Assembly: GCF_009834535.1 (NCBI RefSeq)
Contig: NC_045697.1
Location: forward strand, 7,566,001-7,630,000
Source of the DNA: Camelus ferus
Lineage: Eukaryota
Reading direction: 5' to 3'
DNA length: 64,000 bases
In this document: piece after piece, positions 48,826 through 62,555 of the stretch
Numbering within the stretch: position 1 is the stretch's first letter
Layout of the letters: every line of letters begins with the position of its first letter
Notes under the pieces: generated by a model
Database searches by the model: none
What the model saw: only the letters and a program-made list of their open reading frames with translations
What the model was told of the DNA's origin: nothing
Translations under genes and position numbers: made by a program

Positions 48826-50479
48826 CTTTTCAGATAAGTCATGTGTTACATAGTAGGACTTGCATTTCTTTCCCATATATTATTTAGTAAACATTCAGGA
48901 AATAGATGCCTTTTTAAATTTTTAATTAAAAAAAATCTGTTAGCCACATCAATTTTTTTTGTTTGTTTTCATTTATTATAAGTAATTTACTGGGTTGTCA
49001 AATGGGCAGGAGGACAGAGGTGGGCTGTAATTTATGCTACCATGCATTTAAAAATTATTGAATGCATTGTTTCTCATTATTCAAGCACATACTGAGAAGA
49101 AATAATAAACTGAGGAGAAATAAAAAATATGGAAGTGAGACTGAGCTAACTCACAAGGTCAGTCCTGGACACTCATTAATTTAGTGCAAGAATGGATGCA
49201 TGTCTTTGAGAATTTGTGCTCAAAACAAATTGGAAACTTCTTCATGGGAAAAACACGGTGTTGTGATACCAGGTTGTAGCTGAAATGTAGGGCAAGGATC
49301 AATGTACGCAGTTCCAAATTATGGCTTGTGGAACCACTTGCAAATGACCCTTTCTCATGTTACACATGGAAATAAACAAATGAACATAAAGTCAAAGTAT
49401 AGTACTAGTATACATTTAACAGGAGAGCATATTGACATCAATCATTTTCTTTATTGGGACAATGTAACTTAGTTTGGGACCAAAACCACTAGTTTAGGAC
49501 CAAATTTCCTGCTTGATCAATTTTTTTGACTCTTGATAAGCTCTTACACTGAAGTATCATGAAAATAAAGGACACACTTACTAGCATTTATAAAGTTGTC
49601 TCTGCTGGAAATGATGCTGATACAAGGACAATCTGGTGAGTGGGGACTGGAGAGAGGCTAGAGATGGGAGACCCATCTGAATGTTCCCTAAAGAGACCTG
49701 AGACACCCAAGGAAGCTTCCTGCAATCCTGCCTTCATGAGGAATTGCAAGATCACTTGGGAAATACGGCAAAACGTAATCTGAAGATGATCGTACCAAAG
49801 AGCGTCCCTTATCTCTCAGTGGAACGGACACCTCGGGTGATCAGAGACTTCAGCTCTCCTTGGAGGAAGTTAAGATTGTTGACTTGAATTGTGGTCAGAG
49901 GGGCAGAGTTTTTGTTTGTTCGTGTGTGTGTTTGTTTGTTTTTAATAAGACCCCAAGCATCTCCTATCTCTATTTATGGGGAAGTACTTTATTCTGCAAT
50001 TTGTTTTCTTCATAACCCAAAGATATCAGGTTACCCACTTGGAAATCGATTTAAAAAGCTACCAAAATTAGGTGGATGGGAGAACAGTAAAAGGTGCAAT
50101 GGGGCCAATGTTAGTAATAAAAGAGCTTGGCAGGGCTGAGTGAAGGTTCGTCCTGCTGAAGATGCTTGGGAAGAGAGCTGTAAGAGCAAAGGATACAATG
50201 AGGGGAGGAGAGAGAAAGAGAGAGGAGAGAGAGAGAGGAGAGTGCTGAAGGAGAGATAAAGTGGCAAAAACTAGGTTCAAATATGATCAATGTTCCAGAT
50301 TGAAACCAGGACACAGAAGTGCATTTATGCATTTATTATGGTTTAGTCACGGAGAAAACAAAATATAACCTATAGAACTGAGAGGAATAATATACAGAAG
50401 GAATTAGCATATCAACTCTGTTATGTACTGGCTGTGAAACCTTGGGAAATCAGGCAACTTCTGCCAAAAAGTAACAAAG

Positions 50480-50690
50480 ATTAGTAGTGTATTGGTAAAG
50501 AGACACCCTTAGAAACCAGAAGAGCAGTGTTCAAATCCAGGCTTCAGGTGCTCTCCAGATTCCCATCCATAAAACAGGAATGACAGTACCTAGCGCACTG
50601 AGTTGTTGGACAATTAAATCAGGAATCCATGTAAGTTTTAAACAGTGCTTGAGCATAAAGTGAGCATTCAATAAATACTAACTATATCAT
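50480..50690 (+). mobile_element. MIR SINE
   Basis: gtgttcaaatccaggc...ataaaacaggaatgacagtaccta...agcattcaataaatac. Confidence 0.6.
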
Positions 50691-51219
50691 TTGCTTTAGA
50701 TTCTCAAAGCACAAGTTTCTTCTGAATAGCAATGCTTGCTCTGGCCAACTTGAAGGATTGCTTAGGAAAATCAAATGATGTGATGGATATAAAAAGAGCT
50801 TTGCAGACTCAGGGAATTATAAATTGCTGGAATACAAGCACACTGTTCATTCAGCTAAATCGATTCTGCACTTGCAAACAGTACAGTAGGAACCAGAATC
50901 CTGGGTACTACTAGTTTCTGTCTCCTCTATTCTATAGGTTAATTTTCATTTTATTAAAGATAAGCACCTCCATATTCAAGTTCTAAATCTAAATTGTGTG
51001 AAATTGGCCCCACAGTGTTTCCACAGGGTTAAAGCTAATGAGAAAATCCTATATACTGTTAGAGAACCTCTGTTTCTGAATGGTATAGGAGAAATGTTTT
51101 GACAGTCATTCTCCTCCTGGAAACATCACGTTGCTGCTTAAAGTATCCTGATCGAGTATTGTAGTAACGGGAAGACACTTACAGTGTTCATGACAATCAC
51201 GAACACACAGCAGGTGCAC

Positions 51220-51410
51220 AACCTGTGCCAGGTGCTGTATCCATCATTTCATATCTTTAATCTCATCCATTTCTCATAAACCCATAAACAATATTCTCAT
51301 TATACAGATGAGAGAATAGTGTATGAGTCTTTAAGTAATTGACCCCAAACCATAGATTTACGGGACAGGGATTGAGGTCTAAGTTCGTCTGGATCCAAAC
51401 CTGCCTTCTG
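51220..51410 (-). mobile_element. MIR SINE
   Basis: ctgtgccaggtgctg...ctcattatacagatgagagaa...gtctggatccaaa. Confidence 0.65.
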
Positions 51411-51561
51411 AAACTGTTTTCCAGTGCCTGCACCAATGCTGTTTCCTGTGGCCTCCTCCTCTCTGTTTTCCTGAGCCTTTCTTCTTTCTCCTTAGAAACG
51501 GAGCCAAACACTTAATTCTTTCTTCCCTAAATATCTTTTCTGCAACTGGACGCAGCAATAG

Positions 51562-52176
51562 TGATGCAGGAAAAACAGATGTGGGGCGTGAGAAGGGCTG
51601 TGTCCCAGGCTTCAGTTGAGCCCCTGGGATGTGCCCTGCCAAGTGTGGGTCCTTGGCTTCATGCAGGAAAGAATTCAAAAGTGAGCCACAGTTGAGTAAA
51701 GGTAGATTTATTCAGAGAGATACATTGAAAGGCAAGAGAAAGGCCATGAGGTGTGGGGGTTGGGTGCCCAGATTAAAAGTAGGTACACACTCCATAGACA
51801 GAGTGTGGGCCGTCTCTGAGCAGAGAGAGAGAAGAGCCTGTGAGGGGCAGTGTTGCCAGTTTTTATGGGCTTTGTAGCTTCATGTGCTAATAAGTGGAAG
51901 GACCAGTCCAACTAGCCTGGGGAAGGGGCTGGGTTGGCCATTTCCCACTCTTCGACCTATTGTGGCTAGCCTTGGGACTGTCCCAGCACCTGTAGGCATG
52001 TTATTCACCATGCTAATATACTACAATAAGCATATAATGAAGCTCAAAGTCTACTAGAAGTTAAATCTCCCACCATCTTGAGTCTTAAGGCCTCCCGGGG
52101 TTGAATCTTTCACTATTTTGATGTTAATTGCTGTAGCATTCCTTGCATGGCTGTGCGCTGCCCACTTCCTGTCTCA
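51562..52176 (-). mobile_element. ERV1-class solo LTR, 615 bp, with perfect 4 bp TSD
   Basis: TG...CA termini (tgatgcagga / tcctgtctca). TSD atag at 51558-51561 and 52177-52180. Minus-strand AATAAA near 51707. gcaggaaagaattcaa motif. Confidence 0.9.
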
Positions 52177-52289
52177 ATAGTACCTATCTGAATGGTTTGT
52201 TTCAAGAATTAGGTAAATGAACATATGTCAAGTAATTTTGAAAAAGCAAGGCTTTAAGTAAATGCCCACTATGGCTTTTTTCCTTTCTT

Positions 52290-54030
52290 TTATTTTGAAA
52301 CAAACTGGCCATTTTACGAAATTTGCAAAAACAGAACAAGCAGTTTTATTTTGTGAACTGTTTGTCAACCTTACTGGTATGTCCCATCACCCTCACTTCA
52401 CTGTGTCATCCTTGCAAATAAGGAATTCTCCCACCTAATCTGATATGACCATAAAAATCAGGAAACTAACACGACCACGTTACCGCCATCTAATCCTCAG
52501 ACCCCGTTAAGTTTTGCCAATTATCTTAATAATATCCTTCACAGCAGAAAGAGGTGGGCCAGACTCACCCACTGAATTTAGCTGTCATCTCTCTTTAGTC
52601 TCCTTTGATGTGAAGTGATTTCTCAGTTTTCCTTGACTTTCAAGACCTCAACACTTTTGAAGACGGCAGGTCACTTTTGTGGAGTTTTGTGCTTGAGTTT
52701 TGCAGAGCCTCTCATTTGGGTTTCTCTGACACTCCCTCAGAATTAGATTCAGCTTATGCATCTTTAACCACAATATCACAGATGTTATGCTGTGCTCTTG
52801 TTGCAACCTTTTAGGTGACAGATGATTTTGATTTGACCCTTGATGGATGATGTTAACTTTGATCATTTGATTAATGTGGTCTCTGCCCAGCGTCTCTGCT
52901 GGAAATTACCTTTTTTTTAATTTTATTTGAATTGATAAGAATTTTGCAGAAAGGCACTTTGAGACAATGTAAATATTACATCTTTGATTTTCCCTATGTG
53001 TGTATGTATTTAGCTCAGTATGAACAAACAAATCTTTCCTACTTTGTTACTAATGTATGACATTCAAACCTTCCCAGATTTGGCTCATGGGAATCTTTTC
53101 AAGCTTCATTCTGTGTCTTTTCACATGTGTCCTTATCATTTTTTAAGAAAATTCTTATTTTTTGGCACAACTAGATGATCAGGCATCCTGTACTTCTCCT
53201 TTCTCAGCCCTGTAATCGACCATTTTATAGATACCTTGGTTTCTTTCAGGGGAGAATTGTGTCTGGGAACCCAGCTCTGAACACAAGGAATGCTCACCGC
53301 TGCTGGGGTGCTGTTGCTCCCAGGCACTCAGTCAGTGGACAGATCTAGGGGTATGTGCGTGTATACTAACACACCCATTTACATTTGTGTTTATTTATAT
53401 GCCCATCTAGTTATCTATCAATGTATCTTAAAAATATATACCAGTACCACCAAGTTCATTCCAAAACCTTAGATTTCATCCCAGTGTTTTCTGTCTGTAA
53501 CACTCTTTTCTAGTGGAGGGAAGCCTGAATCCCATTTTCCTCAACATACTTCCTTATTTAATCCATCTCCCTGTATGTAAAAAATCTCCCAACACCTCTC
53601 CACTTACTCCTACCCCTAGCAAACACCCTCTTCACCACGAGTATTTTTAAAGACTTCACACCAAGAATTCTCCTCATAGAATGTCTTCCTTATCACTCCA
53701 CCTGAGGCTCCAGCACCCCAAGATAACCACCCTCCCAATGTGCAGAGACTCCCTGTACCCCACTGGGATTCTCACACCCCATTCTGGCCCCAGGCCATCA
53801 TCATGATAGCACCCTCATCTCACAAGGACAAGCTTCTTATTCCACTTGGACCTGAACTCTAACACTGCATGCTGGCTTGTCCCCACCCTCTGACCCCACT
53901 GAGATCACTGTGTGTGGTCTCTGACACCCCTCACTGGACCATCACCTCCACCCTGTGGATGTCCAAACTCTGACAGGTGGCTGTGGCTATAACCTCCTAC
54001 CCTATGACTGCCTCTCACAGAGAGGTCTAC
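52290..54030 (-). mobile_element. L1MC4/5-like long 3' end including its degenerate C-rich tandem region
   Basis: aaaatcaggaaactaac, tttagctgtcatctctctttagtctcc, gttaactttgatcattt and ccttggtttctttcagggg motifs, then ctctgacacccc-type repeats at 53600-54030. Confidence 0.7.
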
Positions 54031-54721
54031 CTCAATTGCCCACACTTAATTGATTTTAAACTGAACTGACCAAAAAGAGAAGACAAAGGGAAGGAGAAAG
54101 AGGAACAGGCTGAGAAAGGGGGTGAGGAGGGAGGAGGAACAGCATGTTAGTTTTAAATCTTTGGTATTATTATGAATAACTTATTGTTCTCTTTTCTTAT
54201 GTAAAAATCTAGTCCTAGCAAATCGTCTGTTATTGGTCACTATGTCTCAGTGTGAGCTTCATTAAACCCTCAGATTTGTCACATTTTCTGCTCAAATGTT
54301 GCTTAGTAGGTTTGTTACTGAAAAATGAGGAAACTGATCTTTAAAGAGCATGTCTTTCCCAATGTCTTATGGCTATTAGGTGGTATGTGGTATTGTGAGC
54401 ATTCAATCTCACTGAGGTAATGAAAGATCCCCTCCCTTGCAAAAACACACACAATCCTTGGTACCAGGCTGTAAGGGACAGGAGCAGAGGCAGGGAATGG
54501 CATTGTTACTAGAGTAGGAATTTTGCCTTAACTTCTGAAAGTATAGTCGAAACCATCCCTCGCTTGCAGGAGAGAGTCAGAAATGGGTTCTACTCTTTTT
54601 AATACCTTGTCTCTTTGAAGCCAAAAGACAAGTGTTTCCTTCTGTCTCCCCAAATTCAGAGCCATGATTAAAAAGAAGAGTTAGGAAGTGCATGAAATGT
54701 AACTCGGGAGACCTGCATTTC

Positions 54722-55340
54722 AGAAACAACCTGACTGAAAAAATGGGCAGAGGGCTTGAACAGACATTTTTCTAAAGAAGACAGACCAATGACCAACAGA
54801 CACACAGACACACGCTCAACATCACTTACCGTCAGAAAAGTGCAAATCAAAAATACAGTGAGATATCACTTCACAATTGTCAGAATGGCTGTCATCAAAA
54901 AGACAAGAAATAACAAGTGCTGGTGAGGACGTGGGGTAAAGGGAACCTTGTGCACTGTTGGTAGGAATGTAAATTGGTGCAATCACTATGGAAAACAGTA
55001 TGGAGATTCCTCAAAAAGTTAAAAAGTAGAACTACCATATGATCTAACAATCCACTTATGGGTACTTACCTGAGAAAAAGCAAAAACACTAATTCAAAAA
55101 GACACATACACCCCAATGTTCATTGCAGCATTATTTACAACAGCCAAGACATATAAAAACAACCTCATAGTCCATCAATAGATAAACGGATGAAGAAGTA
55201 GCATATATATATGTAGACGGTTACTAGACTTAACACGTTGATCCTTTCATATCACATTGAATCACTATGTAGTACACCTAAAGCAAACTAATCACTATTA
55301 GTACACCTAATGTTGTTTGTCAACTATATTTCAATAAAAA
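54722..55340 (+). mobile_element. L1 ORF2 3' end and truncated 3'UTR
   Basis: aaaaaatgggcagagggcttgaacagacatttttc...gaaaacagtatggagattcctcaaaa...caactatatttcaataaaaa. Confidence 0.9.
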
Positions 55341-55589
55341 CTAGCTTTTAAAGAAATAATTACAAATAAACTTCTTACTAAAGCAGAATAATTTTTTAAA
55401 AAAGGAAGGCTCTACCACCATCTGGTTATGTGATCTTGGGAAAGGGGGCAACCTTCGTGGAAATCTTGTGATTTACAAGATAGAAATGTACACAAAAACA
55501 AGAAGATGACCAAGAAACTATAGCTTTGATTATGAGTGTAATTTATTTAAATGAATATGACTACTGTCTTATTATAGTCTAGCAAATTG

Positions 55590-55810
55590 ATAAAGAACAT
55601 GGACTTGGAAGTCAGACTTGGGTTCAAATCTAGGTTTAATCATGTAATATCTATGTGATCTTGGGCTTATTACACAACCCATCCAAGCTCTTTTTTTTTT
55701 TCTTTTTCATTTAGAAAATAGAGTTAATAGTAATTAATAGTCATTCTTAAATCATAGGATTGGTGGAAAGATAAAATGTACTTGACACATTATAAGTACC
55801 TAGGACATAA
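55590..55810 (+). mobile_element. MIR SINE
   Basis: gaacatggacttggaagtcagacttgggttcaaatc...tgtgatcttggg. Confidence 0.7.
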
Positions 55811-56617
55811 TAACTCTTTCCAGGTATTTTTGTATATCCTTCAGTGAAATTGGTTATCTTTAATATTTTTGGAAAGTTAGAAAATCTACTGATTCACTAT
55901 TTCCATTCCATCATGCTTAGATTCAAAAATCCTTGAACCTCATTGCTTTGTGTCTGATTGTGACTCTTCATAAACCCATGTAAAGCCACACCAGGTTTAA
56001 AGTTCTCAAATCTAAAGAAAATAATAATAAAGGCTGGATAGCAGACACAGGGATCAAGTAGGACTATTTAAAAAGCCTGTCCCTGCATCCCACAGAGCAA
56101 TTGGCTCTTTGAGTTATCCTTCACTCTACAACCTTCTAACCTGCAAACAATATAATCCATAAACACATAAACAAAGAGGTTAGGTACCTGCCTAAGAGAG
56201 TCAATGCTTCATTTTTCTCAAATTCTAAAAAAAAGGGTATGGATTTTGCTAAAAAGATTGTGTGTGGACTGTTAAAGAGCTTGTAAGCTTCGGTTTAGAA
56301 GAGGCAGTGTGCCCTGAGGGAAGAAGGAAAAAGGAAGAGAGAGAGAATTTGAGACCAACGAGCTGATTTTTTTGGAAACCGCACCTCAACTGTATCAAAG
56401 AGAATGCATTCTTGATGTAGCACAATATTTTAAAGTGAAAACATTCAAATGGAATTTAAGCTCAGGGAATTCACCATCAAGAGCTCTCTGAACTGCTTTT
56501 AGAAGAAAAAAAAATGTTATATATTTGTTGATTTGCCATGTACTTTCAACAAGCAACTAACATTTATTGAAGATCTGCTATTTTCTTAAAAGCCTGAGAG
56601 GATGGTGACAGTATTCA

Positions 56618-56998
56618 ACAAATACTGTATGATGTCAGTTATATATGGAATCTAAAAACACCAAACCTGTGAACACAGAGAGTAATATGGGGATTACCAG
56701 GGGCTGGTAAGTGGGCGAATAGGAGAGATGTTAAGGGTATAAACTTGCAACTAGGAGTAAATAAGTCCTAGAGATCTAATGCATGGCATGGTGAATATAA
56801 ACAACAATATTGTAGTATAATCATCAAACTTGCTGAGAGACTAGATCTTAATTATTCCAGCCACAAAAAAGAAATGATAATTACGTGACATGATAGAGGT
56901 GATAACCATCACAACGATAGCAATCATATGTCAAATCAACATGTTGTGCACCTGAAATTTACACAATGTTATATATCAAATGTATTTCAATTAAAAAA
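56618..56998 (+). mobile_element. L1MA-like 3' end
   Basis: acaaatactgtatgat...tggaatctaaaa...atttacacaatgttatatatcaaatgtatttcaattaaaaaa. Confidence 0.85.
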
Positions 56999-57562
56999 TC
57001 AAGAGTATATAATTTAGAGGAGCAGATTTGAAGGATGGAAGAGGAAGCAGTAAACATATAAAAATTATAGCAATGATAAAATCACATTAATGAATACAAT
57101 TTGGACCATGTACTGCATTAGTCCTGGTGCTCAGAACTAGTGATTGGTGGCCTCTATTTCACTGAAACTTTAACTGACTTCTTTCTGGCTCACTACTTGG
57201 CATTGCCTAGTTGTCCTAGTCATCCAAGCAAAATGTTTCTGGACATCATTCTTGCTTTCTTCTTTCAGCAATCCCAAACTCTCCTTCATCAAGTTCTACC
57301 AATAATAACTCTTAAATTTCTTTCCACTTAATAAAATTATCTCCATCATCATTGTCACTCTCTTTGTTACAGCCACCACCAACTCTCACTATAACATAAT
57401 AACATACTCCTGTTTTCATACGGTCCCTATTCTACACCTCTCACTGTATGCATACCTTGGCCTTGACCTCTTGATGAGCTGAGTGTATTCTTTTTCCCTT
57501 GACATTGTGTTTGTCCATAGAACTTTGGCTAATGAGGTATGGGAGAAAATAGCCTTAAGAGA

Positions 57563-57775
57563 ACACTGTCCAATACAACCTTCTGTGATGATGGAAACAT
57601 TCATTACCATTACCTGTGCTGTTGAATACCGTATTAGTGACATGCAGTATTTGGGCACTTGGAATGCGTCTATTACAAAATAAATAACTTTTAAATTTTT
57701 TATTTAATTTTAATTAATTAAAACAAATTGAAATGGCCACATATAATAAGGGGCTACCATATTGAATGGTAGAGC
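57563..57775. mobile_element. MER3-like hAT-Charlie DNA transposon
   Basis: ctgtccaatacaaccttctgtgatgatggaaa...ggccacat...ggctaccatattg. Confidence 0.75.
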
Positions 57776-57879
57776 CTTGAGAAATCTCACAAATTTGTTT
57801 CCTCTGTAGCATCTTTGCTATCTCTGTAAGATTCACATGCTCAGTTTTGCCCACTGGTCTAAAAAGAATGAGAGATACA

Positions 57880-58022
57880 GGGAGCAAGTTACCTCCTGCT
57901 GAGCACAGCCTAGATCAGCTGACCTTCAACTGACCTGAAGCTACATTAAAGAGAATGTATTGTTGTTGTCATAAGCCGCCAAGTGTGGGGTGATTTGTCA
58001 TGCAGCAAAGCTAACGGATACC
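57880..58022 (+). mobile_element. MLT1 LTR 3' fragment
   Basis: cagcctagatcagctgacc...ttgttgtcataagcc...tttgtcatgcagcaaagctaacggatac. Confidence 0.7.
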
Positions 58023-58069
58023 CTTGCCATGCACTGGTGCTGACTCCTCACCCCTTCAGTATATTGGAA

Positions 58070-58585
58070 TCAATGTGCTCTTTTACAACTGAAAATCTAG
58101 TCTTAACCACAGTACTCCTCATCATCCTTCAAGGGCTTCCCACTGTCCTCATAACAGAATGTAAACTTCTTGATATGAATTCCAGGGTTCTTGGAAATCC
58201 TTCCTTTACTTCCTTCAGCAACCACTTCCTCATATTTCTTCATCTTCAAAGCCATCTCAACCCCTATTATTTTCCATGTTCTAATTTTAACCCACTTAAC
58301 CACTATTCACTCTTCAGGTCTTAGCTTGAATCTATTTATGTTCAGAAATCTTTGACTGACCACCCACTTTGGGACTCAGCTTCCCCATTTTCTGCTCCTC
58401 TGGCATCGCTGAGTCACCCCTTTAGAAACTCTCATCTCCTGCATTACAATAGATAATTTTACTTGTCTTTCTTTCCCAGTATATTAATTCCTTGAGGGGA
58501 GGAACTGTGAAGGTGGTAATTCCTATTCTAGAAGTGTTTCTAGGACATAGCAAGTGCATAATAAATTAGTTTCGAATAAATGAAC
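58070..58585 (+). mobile_element. L2 LINE 3' region
   Basis: tccttcaagggcttcccactg...ttccttgagggga...ataaattagtttcgaataaatgaa. Confidence 0.6.
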
Positions 58586-59464
58586 TACCGTGTAAGTGTT
58601 AGAATTAGGAATAAAATTTTGGTGATTAAAAATTTGAGTTTAATATCCTTCCTAAATTGCGGTTGTCTTGATCATGCCAGACTTAAGGGCAAGGCTGCAA
58701 GAAAACATACAGAGTTTTAAAACATCATATAATATTATACAGATGCAAGGCTACATTTATTATGATGTGAGTGATGTGTACTGTGCCCTGCATAGGTGAA
58801 ATCAATGGGGTGCAGAAAGAACTTGAATTTTGGAATCAGTCAAGTAAGTGTTCTTGGCTGCATTTTCAAATTAATTTGAGCCTTGTTTTCTGCACCTGAA
58901 ACATGGGCTCATAATTTCTCCCTCAGGGCATTTGTGTAAGGAAAAGGAAAAGCACAGAACAAATTGCTTGCTCTGTGCAGGAGGACGAATCGCGGGTGAC
59001 CCAGAGGCTTGTGTTTGCTGACTTTCTCCTTCTTGGCGGTGATGGAAGGAGACTTCGTTTCCCTGTCTTTCTTATTTGGGTGCTCTTTCCCCTGAAACCG
59101 CCAGTCTCGTGCCTGCTTCTGTTCAATTTTATATTGTCACTCAGCCAGCTTTAAATATCTGGCCACAGGTATTTGGAATTGTTAATAAATCAACACACAC
59201 TATGTTTGGTAGAATGCAAAGTTCTACAAAATGTGTCACTTCTGTTACCCTCAGTGGTTTTCAGTCCCATATCTTCTCCCTTGTTCACTCCGCTTCATAG
59301 TGACTCTCCCCTCCTTCCTCTTGTCTGTCCACAGAAGAATTCTCAAGTACAATGTATGGTTTTGTCCTCTAGTAAAAACAGAATTGTAGCCTTATCATAC
59401 CAATATTAATCTTTTCCTTGTTTCCAATATAGGATGTTTGTTGTTGTTGTTATTCTTTAAGTAG

Positions 59465-59690
59465 ATGTAGGATTTGGAGTCAAGGCACCTGGGCATGATT
59501 TCTGGTTCTACGGTATGTGTATCCCTTGGGTCAGTTTTTAGTGCTTAGCATTTAAACGTCGGTTTTCCCGTCTTCTTCAGTGAGAATAATAACGTCTGCT
59601 TCAGAGGTCGTTCTGATAACTAAAAGAGAGGGCATTCATGAAAATACCTAATACATGGCCCAGTACTTGGATGACCATAAATATGAGTGG
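59465..59690 (+). mobile_element. MIR SINE
   Basis: ggatttggagtcaaggcacctggg...gagaataataacgtctgcttcagaggtcgtt. Confidence 0.6.
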
Positions 59691-62444
59691 AACCTTATTT
59701 ATAGTGTGGTTTCTGTGGACAGTGCCCTGTATACTAACTGCAAATATAATCCATCCTCCACTCCATACAAACCCCTGAGCCTTGACACATTGGAGAGATG
59801 TGAATCATTAGTGGACTCCATTACACATGCTCCCTGCAATCCAGAAATCTGGCTTAAAGCTCACGACCTGTGGGAAGATGAACAGCCAACAGAAAACAAT
59901 CAGAGGCGAGAGCCTTATTCCCTTAGCGTCCCCTAGTGTAATAGGGCTATGTATCCACATGCCTGCGCATTTACAGGTCTCTCACTGATGCACTGAAATA
60001 TGACCAGACTCCTCACTGCTGCTTCTTAGAGTGATGTGTTTGACAGTATGTGGGTAACCCTGAGGCTTCTTCTAAATTTTAACCCATTCCGAGTTCATAC
60101 TGTCTTTGCAATAAGCAGATTCTCTTTCCACTAGTAAGGAACATTGAATCCGAAATGTGAACACTTGGTCCGAGTCTTGATTCTTCTCTTACCTAGCTGT
60201 TGGACCTGCATAAACCATGCCAGCTCACTACTTGTTTGCAAGGAAGCCTAGCAGATCAAACTTATCCCCTTCCTCCAGGTTCACTTTTAATTAACTGGCT
60301 CTATTAAGCTTGCATTGTGCAGTAGGGATTTCAAAATGCATGCTTGGTAGGTTATAATACACTTTATATCTGTCACATTTAGGTGTTAATTGCAATCAAT
60401 AATGAGTTAATTAATTAAAAAATATAATTATATGATCAATGAGATGGCAGGTGTAAGGTTTTGTTATGAAAGCTTACTTCTTCCTTCCAACCTTCTCATT
60501 CTCTGTACCCCCACCCTCCCTACCTCCATCCTTTCTTTCTTCCACAAATACATCAGTAAACAAATTTGTGTTATACAGCAGAGTAAAGTATTGGTTCTGG
60601 GATGAAAAGTAACTCACACAGCAGAAATGAACTATTTGGGCTTACTTTGTATTTGATTTGAATAGACAGTCAAATAACCTGACAGAGAGTGAGCGATAAT
60701 TCACTTTATAAGAAAAGCTGTGCCCCAGCTCTCCTGTAAGTCACAGTGCCCTTGGTGGGTAACTTACACCCCAGTTGTTCACACTGAGGACAGCATCATC
60801 TCCCTCTTTACTTGAAATCAATAAGCTTTAAGCCAACAATTACCCGATGTTTGCAATCTATGACTTAGTAAGGGTATGGGAATAGCCAAATACTCTAACC
60901 TTGAGAATAGAGTCCAGACAGTGTCATGTCACCATCTTGGAATAACACCCCTAAGATTCTCTAGGTGCTTATGTGCGAGGCCAGGTTGTTCAGCAGAATC
61001 CCTGCTGTCTGTGTCTTTAGGGTCCCCTTTATTTATCTTTCCACTACAGTCACGCATTATAGCCAATTCACCTAACTAGCATCTGACTGTCTTCCCTTTT
61101 ACTATCCTGTCGCCAGTTCTCCTGTCTCAAACTCAGAGAGAAGCAGCAGGAACCTCACCCTATCATATACTCTTCACTCCAAAATCCAGAGTTGTACCCT
61201 CTTAAAGGAAGAGCTTGCCTATGAGATCTTCTAACCTCATGTTGTAGGAAGCAGTTTACTTTTAAACTATGGTATGATTCTCTGCTGAAGGATACTTCAT
61301 GCGGTAAATAGCATCCTTGAGCGAGTCCATTGTCCACACCATGAGAGTCAAGTTATTTTATTGTCCACTGTAAACCTTTACTTTTTTATGCCATATATTT
61401 TGTTGATTCTGTTCCTACTGCTCAGAATGAACTTCTTCTCAATTTCTAACACACTGATTCTAAAATATGTTTATATCTCTGTGCCCCAAGAAACTAACTT
61501 CCACAAGAAGCAGAAAAATATCTTAATTCTTTATTGTATTCCAAGTTCCTAGCATGTTGCTTAGCATGTTCTAAATGTTCAAAGAACAGGAGATACACTG
61601 AAATGAATGGAGCTGAAATTATGTATTTGCTGTCCTACGTATCTGCCTCCCTCCTTAGATGCTGGTAAACGCCTGAGGAAAATGACCCTATCATACACAT
61701 GGTACCTACACTAGACCTAACATAATGCCTGTCACATACAGAGTTTTAATAAATTAATGAATAATAACACACATGAGGAATATTTGATATCTTCTCTGAA
61801 CTCTTAAAGAGCACAAAAAGTGGTATCATTTGAGTAACAGTTACTCTAAAGGCCATGTCTCCCAGCATCATTTGACTTCTAATAAAGACGGAGATTTACG
61901 AAATCAGTTTAGCATCAAAATGCCTAATAAGTGTAATTTTCCTAGACAGCTGACTATCAATAGTTCTTAATCTTCACTTGTACATACATCTTCAGGGAAA
62001 AGAATATTCTATCTTCTTCAAAGATAATAATATTTCCTTGAAACATGCAATCTCTAAACTCTTCATAAAAGGAAAACTTTGTCTTTCCTAGGACAAATAT
62101 TTGACAGGTTATTTGGATTATAAATGAAACTTGATAAAGCTCTGAACAAAAATGTTCCTGAGGACAAGGGGTTATTGCCCAAGTCAAGGAGTGAAGTGGG
62201 TCTATTATTTTCCTCAAATATACCCCTCAATGATTAAAAAAAAAAAAAAAAGTCTTTTTGGGTAAATTGCAGCCTGGAAAACAGTAGAAGATTTTTTGAA
62301 GTTATTTAAAGACCTTAGCTCTTAGAGGATCTTGGACATTCAAGTCTACCCACTTTTATTTTAGTATGATATACTGTGTTCTTCCTCAAATCTAACACAG
62401 AATCTCTCATGATTTAGCAAATGAATTTTTTTACTTTAAAATGT

Positions 62445-62555
62445 TTATATACATATATATACACACATACATATCTGTAACATATGTACGTGTATCTTTA
62501 TATATACATATACACACACATATATTTGTATATATACATACACAAATATATATAC
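62445..62555. repeat. (TA/CA)n low-complexity microsatellite
   Basis: tatatacatatatatacacacatac... alternating purine-pyrimidine tract. Confidence 0.85.

Noticed and set aside
53600..54030. C-rich degenerate tandem repeats (ctctgacacccc-like)
   Set aside because: Best explained as the repeat region of the adjoining L1MC4/5-like 3'UTR.
55260..55310. 21-22 bp direct repeat aatcactat(g)tagtacacctaa (similar small duplications at ~15022, ~25093, ~31303, ~33711)
   Set aside because: Ordinary slippage micro-duplications with two copies only and no array structure.
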